Below, in pieces: positions 48,149 through 58,351 of a DNA stretch of 64,000 bases. A model generated the notes under the pieces. It saw nothing but the letters and a program-made list of their open reading frames with translations. It made no database searches and was not told the DNA's origin. The stretch comes from Candidatus Thorarchaeota archaeon. Lineage in GTDB: Archaea; Asgardarchaeota; Thorarchaeia; Thorarchaeales; Thorarchaeaceae. The first letter of the stretch is position 1; every line of letters begins with the position of its first letter. The translations under genes were made by a program, and so were the position numbers. The DNA lies in assembly GCA_048882385.1 (NCBI GenBank), contig JBHLRQ010000003.1, forward strand, positions 1 through 64,000. Reading direction: 5' to 3'.

Positions 48149-50072
48149 ACTCCTTTGGCAACAGACCATGCTTTTCCAGATGGTCTGCAACATCCTTGAG
48201 ACCGAGCTTTTCCAGAGTCTTCCTATATGGCCAACTAGTCTTAGGATCCCATTCATGCAAAGCATAGTATTGGTCTAGTGCATTATCTAGTTCCTGTTTG
48301 GAATTGGTTTCTCCTTTCAGTGGACCACTTGCGGCTCCTTCATTCATGAGTCGCCATGGAAGATTGTCGTGTTCTCGAGTTGCGCCTCTTGTTACATTGA
48401 ACGCTTTCTCAAGAGTACAGACACGACGCCCTGTGAGCATCATCTCTTCTTCTGTCATCTCTATCCCTGTGGCTGCTCCATAGAGTCGAGCCATGTTGTC
48501 TGGATTAACTCCGAAAGCCGCAGTTGATGTGAACACGCAGAATCCGAGTGCCTCAGTAATTTCATAGCAGTCTTCATGCCAACGGACAATTTCCGCTCTA
48601 AACTCTGTGAAGTGTGAGGATGCCCATTTCTTATCGCCTGTCAGTTTCTCGATTAATTCAACTGCTTCTGGGCTAGAGCCAAACTCAGCAAATGTTTCTG
48701 TCATGAGGTGGTCATTTCCTCTCGGATTGACAGCAAAGGCTAATGCATATGCTTTGGCAGATCTGGTTTCAACGTTTGACTGTTCAAGCCCTTTCTTATT
48801 CATTATTGCCCATTTGTAAGAATCCTGACCAATTTTCTGGGTGGCAATCTTTAATCCATCTGCAAGAAGATTACCAAGGTTCCCATCACGGAATGCCATT
48901 TTCTCAACGGTCTTCTTGACCTCCTCTAGTTTGCCCCAATCGAGCTCAAGTCCATCAGTATCTTCCAAACTAAGTGCGCCTCTCAGATAACTCTCTATAG
49001 CCCATTGTGACACTGTACCTGCTGTGATTGTATCTAGTCCCAGTCGATTACAGATTTCGTTTAGAATTAGAACCCCTTCTGTGTTAATGATTCCTGGACC
49101 ATTTCCTAGTGCTCCGAAAGTTTCGTATTCTGGTCCTCCGCTTGCTAATCCCTCGTTTGGTCCTTTTGGAATCACAGAGTATCGGTGGCACCCAATAGTG
49201 CACCCAAAACACGCTACACGTCGCTTTAGATATCCCAGCTCATTCAACGCCTGTCCAGTTATTGGATACACATTCTCAGTGTATCCTGTCTGCCAGTTTT
49301 TGCCTGGAAATGCATGCATCTCGTTCACAGCACTGATTGAACCCGATGTTCCAAATTCATGTAATCCTTGGGCACCACTGTCAGCTCGAAGATTCTCACG
49401 CATCTCCTCTGCAATCTCTGCAAACTTCTTGGGGTCTTTTACCCGAACTGGTTTCGTGCCTTTCACACTAATAGCCTTCAGATTTTTCTTCCCCATTACT
49501 GCTGCGCCTCCACCACGCCCAGCGGCATGATAGAGTGAACAATGGATTGAAGCTGCCCTAACAAGATTCTCTCCTGCTGGACCAATGTATAGCCCTCGGG
49601 TATCTTCTCCATGCCATTTTTTCAGGAGAGCATCAGTTTCGATAATATCCTTGCCCCACAGGTCTTTCGCGCTAAGAATCTCAACCTTGTCATCTTCAAT
49701 ATTAATGTAAGATGGTTCTTTAGCTACTCCATGTACAACAAGATGGTCATAGCCAGCATACTTGAGTTCTGCACCCCAATGACCTCCAGTGTTACTCTTC
49801 AAATAAAGCCCAGTTGTACAACCCACTGTGGTAACTGAAGTACGACCCGAAGCGGGTGCGGTGGTTCCAGTAACAGCTCCCGGTGCAAAGACGATAATGT
49901 TTCTTGGATCATCCCACGTTATGTCTGGATTCTTACAATAGTCCCATAGGAGTTTAGCGTTGATCCCCCTTGAGCCAACATACAACCTTCTCCATTCCTC
50001 TGGAATGTCCTCAGTCCAAATCTTTCCGTTGCTCAAGTCAACATGCAGTATCTTCCCTTGATGTCCGTACAT
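48147..50072 (-). CDS. aor: Tungsten aldehyde:ferredoxin oxidoreductase family protein
   Basis: SNTGG..GAELKYAGYD, IGPAGE, AAGRGG..AVMG.KNLKAI, CFGCTIGC, GPEYET, GLDTI. Confidence 0.92.
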   Translation of the reverse strand: MYGHQGKILHVDLSNGKIWTEDIPEEWRRLYVGSRGINAKLLWDYCKNPDITWDDPRNIIVFAPGAVTGTTAPASGRTSVTTVGCTTGLYLKSNTGGHWGAELKYAGYDHLVVHGVAKEPSYINIEDDKVEILSAKDLWGKDIIETDALLKKWHGEDTRGLYIGPAGENLVRAASIHCSLYHAAGRGGGAAVMGKKNLKAISVKGTKPVRVKDPKKFAEIAEEMRENLRADSGAQGLHEFGTSGSISAVNEMHAFPGKNWQTGYTENVYPITGQALNELGYLKRRVACFGCTIGCHRYSVIPKGPNEGLASGGPEYETFGALGNGPGIINTEGVLILNEICNRLGLDTITAGTVSQWAIESYLRGALSLEDTDGLELDWGKLEEVKKTVEKMAFRDGNLGNLLADGLKIATQKIGQDSYKWAIMNKKGLEQSNVETRSAKAYALAFAVNPRGNDHLMTETFAEFGSSPEAVELIEKLTGDKKWASSHFTEFRAEIVRWHEDCYEITEALGFCVFTSTAAFGVNPDNMARLYGAATGIEMTEEEMMLTGRRVCTLEKAFNVTRGATREHDNLPWRLMNEGAASGPLKGETNSKQELDNALDQYYALHEWDPKTSWPYRKTLEKLGLKDVADHLEKHGLLPKE

Positions 50073-50075
50073 TTT

Positions 50076-50582
50076 TCACACCGCCTCCTTCTTCAAATCA
50101 CGATATGCTGCCATTCTCACAGAACGAAGTTTCTTCTTTGCCTTGAGTGCATCCTCTGTATCTTTCACCCAAGTAAGTGCCTCTGGTACACAATGCTTAG
50201 CACAATAAGGATCGCCTCCACATAAATCACAAAACATTGGCTGTTTTGATTCAGGATGCAATCTTATTGCGTGATAGATACAGGCTTCAACACATGCACC
50301 TTGAGAAGTACAGAGTTTGTCATCTAATGTGATTATCCCTGTTTTTTCATCTCTTGATAGCGCACCATTTGGACAAGATGCAACACAAGGGTGAGACTCA
50401 CATTGTTCACACACAAGCTGCACTCCAAGTGCAATGTCCTCCTTCTTCAGAATCTTTATTCTTCCTCTTGCAGGGTCGAATAGAGCATCCTTTGTAAGAG
50501 AACAAGCAAGAGAGCACTGCTTACATCCTGTGCACTTGTCCATGTCTATAAGTAGCAGTTTCTCCATTTTCATTCCATCCAA
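50076..50582 (-). CDS. 4Fe-4S dicluster (polyferredoxin) subunit of AOR
   Basis: CTGCKQCSLAC, CEQC...C...CP, CDLC.GDP.C...C. Confidence 0.9.
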   Translation of the reverse strand: MDGMKMEKLLLIDMDKCTGCKQCSLACSLTKDALFDPARGRIKILKKEDIALGVQLVCEQCESHPCVASCPNGALSRDEKTGIITLDDKLCTSQGACVEACIYHAIRLHPESKQPMFCDLCGGDPYCAKHCVPEALTWVKDTEDALKAKKKLRSVRMAAYRDLKKEAV

Positions 50583-50852
50583 ACGTGAGATTGTTAAAGT
50601 AAAATCACCATGATTTAACTCACATTAAAATCCTCCCGTTCTCGTTATGTTCCTCTATACACTTCGTTTGATGTTTCAAATGCCCTTAGATGCCTGTAAA
50701 ATGTTATTTCCACTTCTAGATGGATTGCACATCGGATACCTCACTCGATATTGCTTTAATACGATTTAACTTGATTTCTGAAAATAGTTTAACAAAGTAG
50801 TTTCTTTACCAGATACGATAGGTTTTAAGACACCCACAAGAGAGAGCCTATT

Positions 50853-51410
50853 GTGTTCAAAGTGAATGGAGACGAAGGACGACCAAAGTACTATGACGAA
50901 CTTTCTGTTGAAGAAATGGCAAGTTCAAGTGATATCCGTGAAGGGGTATCCATGCTCCTCTCTCATCACCCCCCCTCAATGTATGGACATTGTCTTCGTC
51001 TTACAATACTGGGAAGATCCATCTATTTCTGTGGACGTTGTACTGGAATTTATAGCGGTCTAGGTCTAGGTCTCTTGACTCTCTTCATTTTCCGAATTCA
51101 ACTAGAACCTGATTACCTTTGGTTCTTCATCTCAGTCGTTCTGGGATATACAACAATAGTTGACTGGATGAGTCAAAGGTTGACTCCTCGCAAGACAACG
51201 AATTTTGTTAGGGCTTCAACAGGTTTTATGAGTGGACTAGCCCTTGCGATCATTTTCTATCTGGCAAACCTGTTCTTTATGCTTGTAGCTCTCGCTTCGA
51301 TGAGTGCATCGGTTGGAATTGTAGGTATTATCGAGAATCGACGACGATCTTCCTATTACAAGGAGATTCAAGAAGAACTGGATGCATCTTCTGAAGATAC
51401 TGATTCCTAA
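50853..51410 (+). CDS. DUF2085-like membrane protein
   Basis: SHH, FCGRCTGIY, DW..Q, TN..R..TGF motifs. Confidence 0.78.
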   Translation: MFKVNGDEGRPKYYDELSVEEMASSSDIREGVSMLLSHHPPSMYGHCLRLTILGRSIYFCGRCTGIYSGLGLGLLTLFIFRIQLEPDYLWFFISVVLGYTTIVDWMSQRLTPRKTTNFVRASTGFMSGLALAIIFYLANLFFMLVALASMSASVGIVGIIENRRRSSYYKEIQEELDASSEDTDS

Positions 51411-51479
51411 TGCGTACAAATCTTCACCATGCCAAAGCGTTTTATCTTGGATTTTTTTCTCTCAGTCTTGTGACTTGGA

Positions 51480-52616
51480 ATGATTCCATTTACAAAACCT
51501 ATCATTGGCGATGAAGAAAAAGAAGCTGTTTCTCGAGTCTTAGAATCTGGAATGCTGGCAGAAGGAAAGGTTTCTAGGAATTTTGAAAAACTGTTCTCAG
51601 ATTACATAGGAACTAAGTTTGCTACTGTCACCTCTAATGGTACTACAGCTCTAAGTACGGCTTTGGAAGCGATGGATATTCAGCCGGGTAATGAAGTGAT
51701 AACCTCACCATTCACATTTATTGCTTCAGCTAATTCAATCGCCATGTTGGGGGCGATCCCTGTCTTTGTGGACATAAATCCTGATACATACAATATTGAT
51801 CCCGAGTTGATTGAAGAAGCAATAACCGAGAAAACTCGAGCAATAATGCCTGTCCATATCTTTGGTCTTCCTGCAGACATGAAACACATTCTTGAGATTG
51901 CAGAGGCACACGACCTCCTTGTGCTAGAAGATGCATGCCAAGCTCACGGAGGTGAGATAGAGGGTCAGAAAGCTGGTTCTTTTGGAGATGCTGCAACCTT
52001 CTCGTTCTATGCGACGAAGAATCTCATGACAGGTGAGGGTGGTATGGTCACCACAAACAATGAAGAACTCTATGACAAAATGCTAATGATCAAAAATCAT
52101 GGACGTGGTAAAAAGGGCGGTTATAGCCATTATAGGATTGGATATAACAATCGAATGATGGACATTGTATCTGCCATCGGTGTGGTTCAATTAAAGCGAC
52201 TACCTGATCTAGTAATACAGAGACAGAAGAACGGTCAAGAGTTCAATGACTTCTTTGCTGAATTTGATTCAATCAAACCTCAGGTCGAAGAACCTGGCTT
52301 CAAGTCTGGTTACCATCTTTATGCTCCTCGTTTGTTCTCAGAGAAAATAGATAGAGATGGACTTGTCAATGCACTGCGAGATGAGGGAGTTGGATCTCGA
52401 GCAGTCTATGCACTTCCCTGTCATAAACAAGACACGTACTTAAATATCAATGACTGGCGCTGGGCAAAATTTGTTGACTATCCTGACTATTCTGCAATGA
52501 CTCTACCAGTTTCAGAGGACATTGGACTCAGGCACTTCGATATACCTGTTCATCCTAGTTTGACTGCAGAGGAAAAAGAACACATCAAGACTGCGTTCCG
52601 CAAAATCCTAGGCTAA
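51480..52616 (+). CDS. DegT/DnrJ/EryC1/StrS sugar aminotransferase
   Basis: SNGTTAL, FTFIAS, EDACQAHG, FSFYATKN..TGEGG. Confidence 0.93.
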   Translation: MIPFTKPIIGDEEKEAVSRVLESGMLAEGKVSRNFEKLFSDYIGTKFATVTSNGTTALSTALEAMDIQPGNEVITSPFTFIASANSIAMLGAIPVFVDINPDTYNIDPELIEEAITEKTRAIMPVHIFGLPADMKHILEIAEAHDLLVLEDACQAHGGEIEGQKAGSFGDAATFSFYATKNLMTGEGGMVTTNNEELYDKMLMIKNHGRGKKGGYSHYRIGYNNRMMDIVSAIGVVQLKRLPDLVIQRQKNGQEFNDFFAEFDSIKPQVEEPGFKSGYHLYAPRLFSEKIDRDGLVNALRDEGVGSRAVYALPCHKQDTYLNINDWRWAKFVDYPDYSAMTLPVSEDIGLRHFDIPVHPSLTAEEKEHIKTAFRKILG

Positions 52617-53263
52617 TTATTTTCAAAATAAGAGAGAATTGAACGCAGGTCATTCGATTCTATAGTGATTGATGCTGCATCACTCACAATCTGGTCTACT
52701 GGATTAAAAGCTATACTGAATGCTGATACTTTAAAAAGTTCGATGTCATTCAAACCATTTCCAACGCTCGCGACACTTTGCTTTGAATAACCCTTATCCT
52801 CAATATGCCGCAAAATCGTTTCAGCCTTCTGAGGACCATCCATGAAGTACTCCACAGAACTATCATGGACACCATCCCTGGAACCAAGTATGTTCGAATA
52901 TGCAAAATCAAGATTCAATCTCTTCATCAACGGTGTCATAAAGAATTGACTGACCCCGCTTGATATGCTTCCAACTTCGTATCCCCTTTTCCTTAGTGTG
53001 GAAACAGTATCCTCCGCTCCAGTCATCAGTGGAAGTGTTTCAACTAGATAATCATAACTTCCATCCACTGCAACACCCTTCCAAATCTTTGCTCCTTCGA
53101 TAACCAACTCTTCGAATGTCATCCTTTCTTTTTCCATTCTCTGAAATAATGACAGATATTTCTCAGCAAGACCCAATTGCTGACCAATTAAAAAGGATGC
53201 ATTTTCTCCGTCAAATAACACACCATCTAAATCAAGCGTAATGATTCTGATTTCTGAGGTCAT
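52613..53263 (-). CDS. HAD-superfamily phosphatase (SerB-like)
   Basis: DLDGVL, ISSG, K, GNGLND motifs. Confidence 0.85.
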   Translation of the reverse strand: MTSEIRIITLDLDGVLFDGENASFLIGQQLGLAEKYLSLFQRMEKERMTFEELVIEGAKIWKGVAVDGSYDYLVETLPLMTGAEDTVSTLRKRGYEVGSISSGVSQFFMTPLMKRLNLDFAYSNILGSRDGVHDSSVEYFMDGPQKAETILRHIEDKGYSKQSVASVGNGLNDIELFKVSAFSIAFNPVDQIVSDAASITIESNDLRSILSYFENN

Positions 53264-53346
53264 GTTGATACTAAATCCTTCATTGTTAACTGATGGCGGC
53301 TACACTAGTAACAGTAATTATCACTTTTGATTCACTTCAGCATGCG

Positions 53347-54498
53347 ATGAACATAATCAGGAAAGGTGGACTTGGCTCTATAAACGAGATAAAGAAACGT
53401 TTCAGAAAAGAACGATCTGAAGAAGACCTCCAATTTGAAATAGGTCGCATGAACCGTGACATTCTGAAACGTATGTTCGTGGTTGCAGGTAAAGTGGGAA
53501 GCGACAACATTACTCGGTATGAAGCGAAAGCAAAGAAGCTAGGCTGCGATTTTATTGCAGAGGAGGGTCGTTCGTGGATTCTAACACAAAAAACCATTCG
53601 TGAAAACTATGATCCTTCATATCACAGAGGTGTTCTCCTAATTGGAAACAACAAGGAGCTGCCTGCTACACAGATATCATATCAAAATACCTATGCTTTC
53701 ACAGACTTCTTTCTACAAGACCTTGACGGAGATTCCATTCCAGAATTTCCAATTGGAAGAATCTTTGGTCCTCCTGAAACTGTATTATATCATATGGACC
53801 CATTCATTGTTGATAGTAACATTGCTATAGTGTTTGACAGTCAACCTGAGAGATCTGATAAACACGTAAAGGGTCTAGCAGCTCTTGGATTTGATGTTGA
53901 AGTTCTAAATCGTTATACTAATGATGAGTCTAAACTACTTGCTATGAGTGAGTTCATTCTCCAATTCTCTGATGGTGTATTCACTGCACGTATACACGGG
54001 ACACCAGATCGTTGGGCTACTCACAACTCTGTTATTCTTAGTCATGACCAAGCTGCCTCCATAAAATTTGAGGGCTATCCAGTGATATACTCTGAAGCTT
54101 GTAGTACTGCTCAAGAAGGTCCTCTTCTGAAAGCATTTCTGAATCAGGGAGCTTCGTACATTGGTGCGACATTAGACACCATGAACAATGTCGAGCCATT
54201 CAACGATTGGAAAATGTGCCCCTATTGTGATGGTTGGAAATTTGGTTTTCTAGACGAGCTGGATTCGCATGAATTGATTGGAGAAGTAAAGGTGTCTGTT
54301 GATAAGGCTCTGACTGAGCATCTTGATTCCAAATACCTCGTGGAGATAGAAAAAATCCGCAAGGGAGAAACCACAGAATTAACCCAAGACCCAGCGGTTT
54401 CAGTAATAGAATGGGTCTTATTTGGAAATCCCATACGTAGCACAACTGTTGGCCCAAATGCAAATTATACCCCTGGTCTAATTGCTGTAGATACATAA
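53347..54498 (+). CDS. Peptidase C25 (gingipain)-like cysteine protease
   Basis: VLLIG....LP, TD.F..DLDGD..PE..IGRI, IHG and EACST putative His-Cys dyad, LFGNP. Confidence 0.68.
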   Translation: MNIIRKGGLGSINEIKKRFRKERSEEDLQFEIGRMNRDILKRMFVVAGKVGSDNITRYEAKAKKLGCDFIAEEGRSWILTQKTIRENYDPSYHRGVLLIGNNKELPATQISYQNTYAFTDFFLQDLDGDSIPEFPIGRIFGPPETVLYHMDPFIVDSNIAIVFDSQPERSDKHVKGLAALGFDVEVLNRYTNDESKLLAMSEFILQFSDGVFTARIHGTPDRWATHNSVILSHDQAASIKFEGYPVIYSEACSTAQEGPLLKAFLNQGASYIGATLDTMNNVEPFNDWKMCPYCDGWKFGFLDELDSHELIGEVKVSVDKALTEHLDSKYLVEIEKIRKGETTELTQDPAVSVIEWVLFGNPIRSTTVGPNANYTPGLIAVDT

Positions 54499-54499
54499 T

Positions 54500-54844
54500 C
54501 TATTTTGACCTTGAACGCATCATAGCACCAAGAAATCCACCAAGAGCACCCATTAGAGCCATGAGAATGACCGCAGTCACTATTGTCAGATAGTCTGTAG
54601 TAAAACCAGTCAAGTACTCAGTAACTAGTAGGATTCCTGTATATGATATTAGGGCTCCCATGAAGCCAATAAAAGATGAAACTATCTTTGCTTCCTGAAA
54701 AAGGTAACCAACGACCAGACCCACTACCAAGGGAGTAAAGAGTGCCAAGATAATGAAAAAACCTAGATTCAAACCGATTGCTGCAAGAATCATTAAAAAG
54801 AATCTACCAGCTTGCGAATCCAATAGTGAAGTTGACGTGGTCAC
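54500..54844 (-). CDS. Small Gly-rich membrane protein (DUF5518-like)
   Basis: Four short hydrophobic helices, GALGGFLG; start moved to GTG 54844. Confidence 0.55.
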   Translation of the reverse strand: MTTSTSLLDSQAGRFFLMILAAIGLNLGFFIILALFTPLVVGLVVGYLFQEAKIVSSFIGFMGALISYTGILLVTEYLTGFTTDYLTIVTAVILMALMGALGGFLGAMMRSRSK

Positions 54845-54906
54845 TTCTAGACCTCTTCTCTCACAGATTTCGCTGTGGTTATAACAGTGATGTTCTGTTG
54901 GTTCAA

Positions 54907-55806
54907 ATGAGTAAATTGTCATTTAACATCAAAGTTCCAGAAGGATATGACCTTCTCTCATCTATACATTCCTGGATCTATCCAGATATTCAGCCTGTTC
55001 CTGAACAAACAGGATCAGATTTCTTTGGTCGTATATACACTCTAAATGATGAGGATGTAGCATTACTTATCAAACAGCAATCTCCTGGGGAGAACCTTCA
55101 AGTTAGATTCTCTGAATGCAATGTTACTCGAAAGCATCTGAAAGCACTGGTTGAAAGAGTTCTTGGCTTCAAAATCTCATTCGAAGATGCTATTGAACAA
55201 ATGAGTCATGACTCAACTATATCCTTCCTTGTTGAGAAAGTGGTAGGAATAAGACCTTACATGTCGCCAACGCTTTTCGAAGCTTTGATTAAAACAATCA
55301 TTCAGCAACAGGTTTCGTACAGAGCAGCTAACATATTTACAAAGAGAATGGTTGTTGGTCTTGCCAGCCCAATATCTCATGAGAATCAATTGTTTTATCA
55401 TTTTCCAGATGCAATAACAATATCTAATGCTGGTGTCGCTGGAATCAGAGAATTTGGATTTGGATATAAATCTGAATACATCCATAATGTAGCAAAGCTT
55501 GTTGCAAATGGAAGTTTAGATATAGATTCAATGATGGATGAAACATATGAATCAGTACTTGCAGCACTGAAACCCATTAGAGGAATTGGTCAATGGACTG
55601 TGGATGTGTTATCACTTGCTGGTCTAGGAAATTTCGAAGTATTCCCATATGGTGACCTTGTGATTCAGAAGATTATGGGACGGTTATACAATAAAGGAGA
55701 AAGAATGACGAAGAAACAGGTTCAAGAACACGCAACAATATGGGGTGAATCTGGAACAAAAATACTATACTTGCTGATGAGTGCAGAGGTTCTGGGTTTA
55801 TTCTGA
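54907..55806 (+). CDS. AlkA/HhH-GPD DNA glycosylase
   Basis: FEALI.TIIQQQVS, FP, K..YI, IRGIGQWT, FPYGD. Confidence 0.88.
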   Translation: MSKLSFNIKVPEGYDLLSSIHSWIYPDIQPVPEQTGSDFFGRIYTLNDEDVALLIKQQSPGENLQVRFSECNVTRKHLKALVERVLGFKISFEDAIEQMSHDSTISFLVEKVVGIRPYMSPTLFEALIKTIIQQQVSYRAANIFTKRMVVGLASPISHENQLFYHFPDAITISNAGVAGIREFGFGYKSEYIHNVAKLVANGSLDIDSMMDETYESVLAALKPIRGIGQWTVDVLSLAGLGNFEVFPYGDLVIQKIMGRLYNKGERMTKKQVQEHATIWGESGTKILYLLMSAEVLGLF

Positions 55807-55876
55807 AAAGGCCCGCGGAAAACCCATAAAAGGCACTCAGTTGAAAATTCAGATTGATAACGCTGGTGAAATATAA

Positions 55877-57034
55877 TTGTCTAAGGTTGGGACGAAGAAG
55901 AACACAAAACTGTGGCGAATTAGATCCATGTTCCTAAAGGAACTGAAACTAATTCAGAATGACAGGTTTGCATTACTATTGATCTTTATTCTTCCAACTA
56001 TGATAATGGCAACCATGTATATCGCAACAAATCCAAGTGGTATAACTGTAATTCCAGAAACTGGAAAGAATCCAGATGCTGCACGAATTGGAGTTATTGA
56101 CCTAGATACGACAAACACATTTCCAACACAGGACCTCTCTGAAAATTTCACTTGGTATCTGACTAATGATCCTGACTTCATTGTACAAGTATTTGAGAGT
56201 GAAGTTGAGGCGTTAGACGCTTTATACTTTGACAGAGTGAATGCTTTTGTTGTCATACCGTACGGATTTGAAGGAAACATTACCAATGATATTCCTGCAT
56301 TTGTGGACATTCATGTAAGTAGCACAGATCTGGAAGCTCAGATGTCCATTACTTCTAAATTCAGTAGTGTGGTACATGATTTTCGTCAAGACCATGGGTG
56401 GTCACAGCGAGAGATTTCTACAGATATGTTCTCTGAGTTTCAACCACCAGGCGGTGGGGGTTTTGAGGCTACATTCGGTGTCTTCATGATTGTTTTTGCT
56501 GTATTCATCGCAGTGGCTGCCACAGCAGCTCAAGCCATCGTTGGAGATATACCACTCAATCGTATGTTGCTGACACCGGCAACAAAGATGGAAGCTATAA
56601 TTGCAAAAGTCTTAGCATATTTTGTCGTTGGAATGTTCCAAACTCAATTCTTACTAATTCTATGGCAGCTCCTCTTCAACATAGATGCATGGGCAGTATA
56701 TCATATATTGAATTTTGTACTTGCACTAATGTCATTTTCAGGTGCTGCTCTTGGTGTCTTAATATCTACAGTAGTAACAACTCGTCTCCAAGCCAATCAA
56801 TCATTTCTCTTCTTGCTGTTTGGTTCTGTTATAGTAGGTACTGGTTTCATTGATGTGGGTCTGGTTGATGACTACTATCCTCTCAACCTCGGAAGAGTAA
56901 TGATGACCGATACTGCTTTCAAGGGTGTTGACATAATTGAGTTCATTGATGAGATCAACATTATTCTCTTTATGTCGCTGATTTTCATTCTAGTAGCTTG
57001 GCTCATCTTTGTCAGAAAAGATACACTTGCTTGA
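55877..57034 (+). CDS. ABC-2 type transporter permease
   Basis: KE...I..D, external domain VVIP.GF, RMLLTP....I.AK; no ATPase adjacent. Confidence 0.85.
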   Translation: MSKVGTKKNTKLWRIRSMFLKELKLIQNDRFALLLIFILPTMIMATMYIATNPSGITVIPETGKNPDAARIGVIDLDTTNTFPTQDLSENFTWYLTNDPDFIVQVFESEVEALDALYFDRVNAFVVIPYGFEGNITNDIPAFVDIHVSSTDLEAQMSITSKFSSVVHDFRQDHGWSQREISTDMFSEFQPPGGGGFEATFGVFMIVFAVFIAVAATAAQAIVGDIPLNRMLLTPATKMEAIIAKVLAYFVVGMFQTQFLLILWQLLFNIDAWAVYHILNFVLALMSFSGAALGVLISTVVTTRLQANQSFLFLLFGSVIVGTGFIDVGLVDDYYPLNLGRVMMTDTAFKGVDIIEFIDEINIILFMSLIFILVAWLIFVRKDTLA

Positions 57035-57111
57035 TTTGCTCTCTTCCAAATTTCGAGGCAAGACCCTTAAGTCTGAATGTAGATATCTGAAATTTGGAGG
57101 TCTGATAATCT

Positions 57112-57315
57112 ATGAGTGTTGTGAAAGTAATCGAACTTATTGGAGAGTCCCCTAATAGCTGGGAGGAAGCTTGCAAGAACGCATTGACAGTTGCAGCGAA
57201 GAGTGTCCGTGGAATTGTAGGAATCGATGTTGATCACTTTACGTGTAAAGTCGAGGACAACAAAGTTGTCGCCTTCCGAGCTAATATCAAGGTGGCTTTC
57301 AAGTACGAAGCATGA
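57112..57315 (+). CDS. Dodecin flavin-binding protein
   Basis: SVVKVIELIGES..SWEEA..NA...A.KSVRGI. Confidence 0.92.
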   Translation: MSVVKVIELIGESPNSWEEACKNALTVAAKSVRGIVGIDVDHFTCKVEDNKVVAFRANIKVAFKYEA

Positions 57316-57390
57316 AATTCGCTAGTCTACGCTTTCATTCTCGTACCATCTTAAGGGGGACTTGAGCAGAATCAGGTCCCTCAATACTTC

Positions 57391-58200
57391 TCAAAAACCT
57401 AGACTTGCTAGGATGATGACCACTGCATTGTTTACACCGTGCGCAACTGATGGTCCAATGATATTGTAATTTCTTCTTTGTGCCAAGTCACCAAGGAAAA
57501 GTCCTAGTATGAATCTTGCTGGAAGTCCAATCATGTCCAGATGGATTATTCCAAATATGAAACTCGTGATGACGAGGGACAGCAGTCGATAGCTCGAATT
57601 TCCTTGACTCCTGAAGTATATCTCCATCCTTCTTTGAAGGAAACCCCGAAACATTACTTCCTCGGTGAATCCTACAAAGACAAACATGACGATTACCCAG
57701 AGAACTAGTTCAAATGAATTTCTAGCTATAAGAAGCTCCTCACCAGAAGAGATTGGTCCTGTAATGGTGCTGATAAACCAAGTTACTACAATGTTTGCAC
57801 CAAGCATTAATGCACCTATAACTATGCCAAGACCGATATCTACTCCAGAGATCATGTTTTTGATTCCTATCGATGAAATGGGAAGTCCATTTTTCCGGAC
57901 ATAGTAAATAGGTGGAATTACAAAAGCAATCTCTGCAACAGTCAGAATCAATAGTGCATTTGGATCAATGTAAATGGTCCCCGAATTGAAATCAATATAG
58001 ATTAGGTCTGGGTATGCCATCATTGGTACCATTATGATAATTGTAAACAATACCAATAAGACCATTCCAAGAGCGGTTAGGCCAAGAACGCCAACCATAC
58101 GTCCTCTTTCAAAATCTCTTTCAAAACGAGTTCCGGGTTCAAAAATCCCGATTCCTTCTGCTTCTTCAAGTTCAAATGCATCAGGGTCGTCCATGACCAA
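57391..58200 (-). CDS. CPBP (CAAX/Abi) intramembrane metalloprotease
   Basis: EEVMFRG, F...H, HGVNN motifs. Confidence 0.92.
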   Translation of the reverse strand: MVMDDPDAFELEEAEGIGIFEPGTRFERDFERGRMVGVLGLTALGMVLLVLFTIIIMVPMMAYPDLIYIDFNSGTIYIDPNALLILTVAEIAFVIPPIYYVRKNGLPISSIGIKNMISGVDIGLGIVIGALMLGANIVVTWFISTITGPISSGEELLIARNSFELVLWVIVMFVFVGFTEEVMFRGFLQRRMEIYFRSQGNSSYRLLSLVITSFIFGIIHLDMIGLPARFILGLFLGDLAQRRNYNIIGPSVAHGVNNAVVIILASLGF

Positions 58201-58351
58201 TTATTGCAACCTCAGGTTGTGAGGTTTAGTAGTGGAATTAAGGATTTGGATTCCTTCATCAACCTGATTGCTCTTTCCAACAGACTTTATGAGGTAAGAT
58301 TTTTGTAGATATACCTAAGAGATACCACCTCTGAGTTGAGGTCGAATAGTC

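Noticed and set aside
22064-50582. Catabolic island as a mobile element
   Set aside because: No integrase, transposase, tRNA target or flanking direct repeats seen
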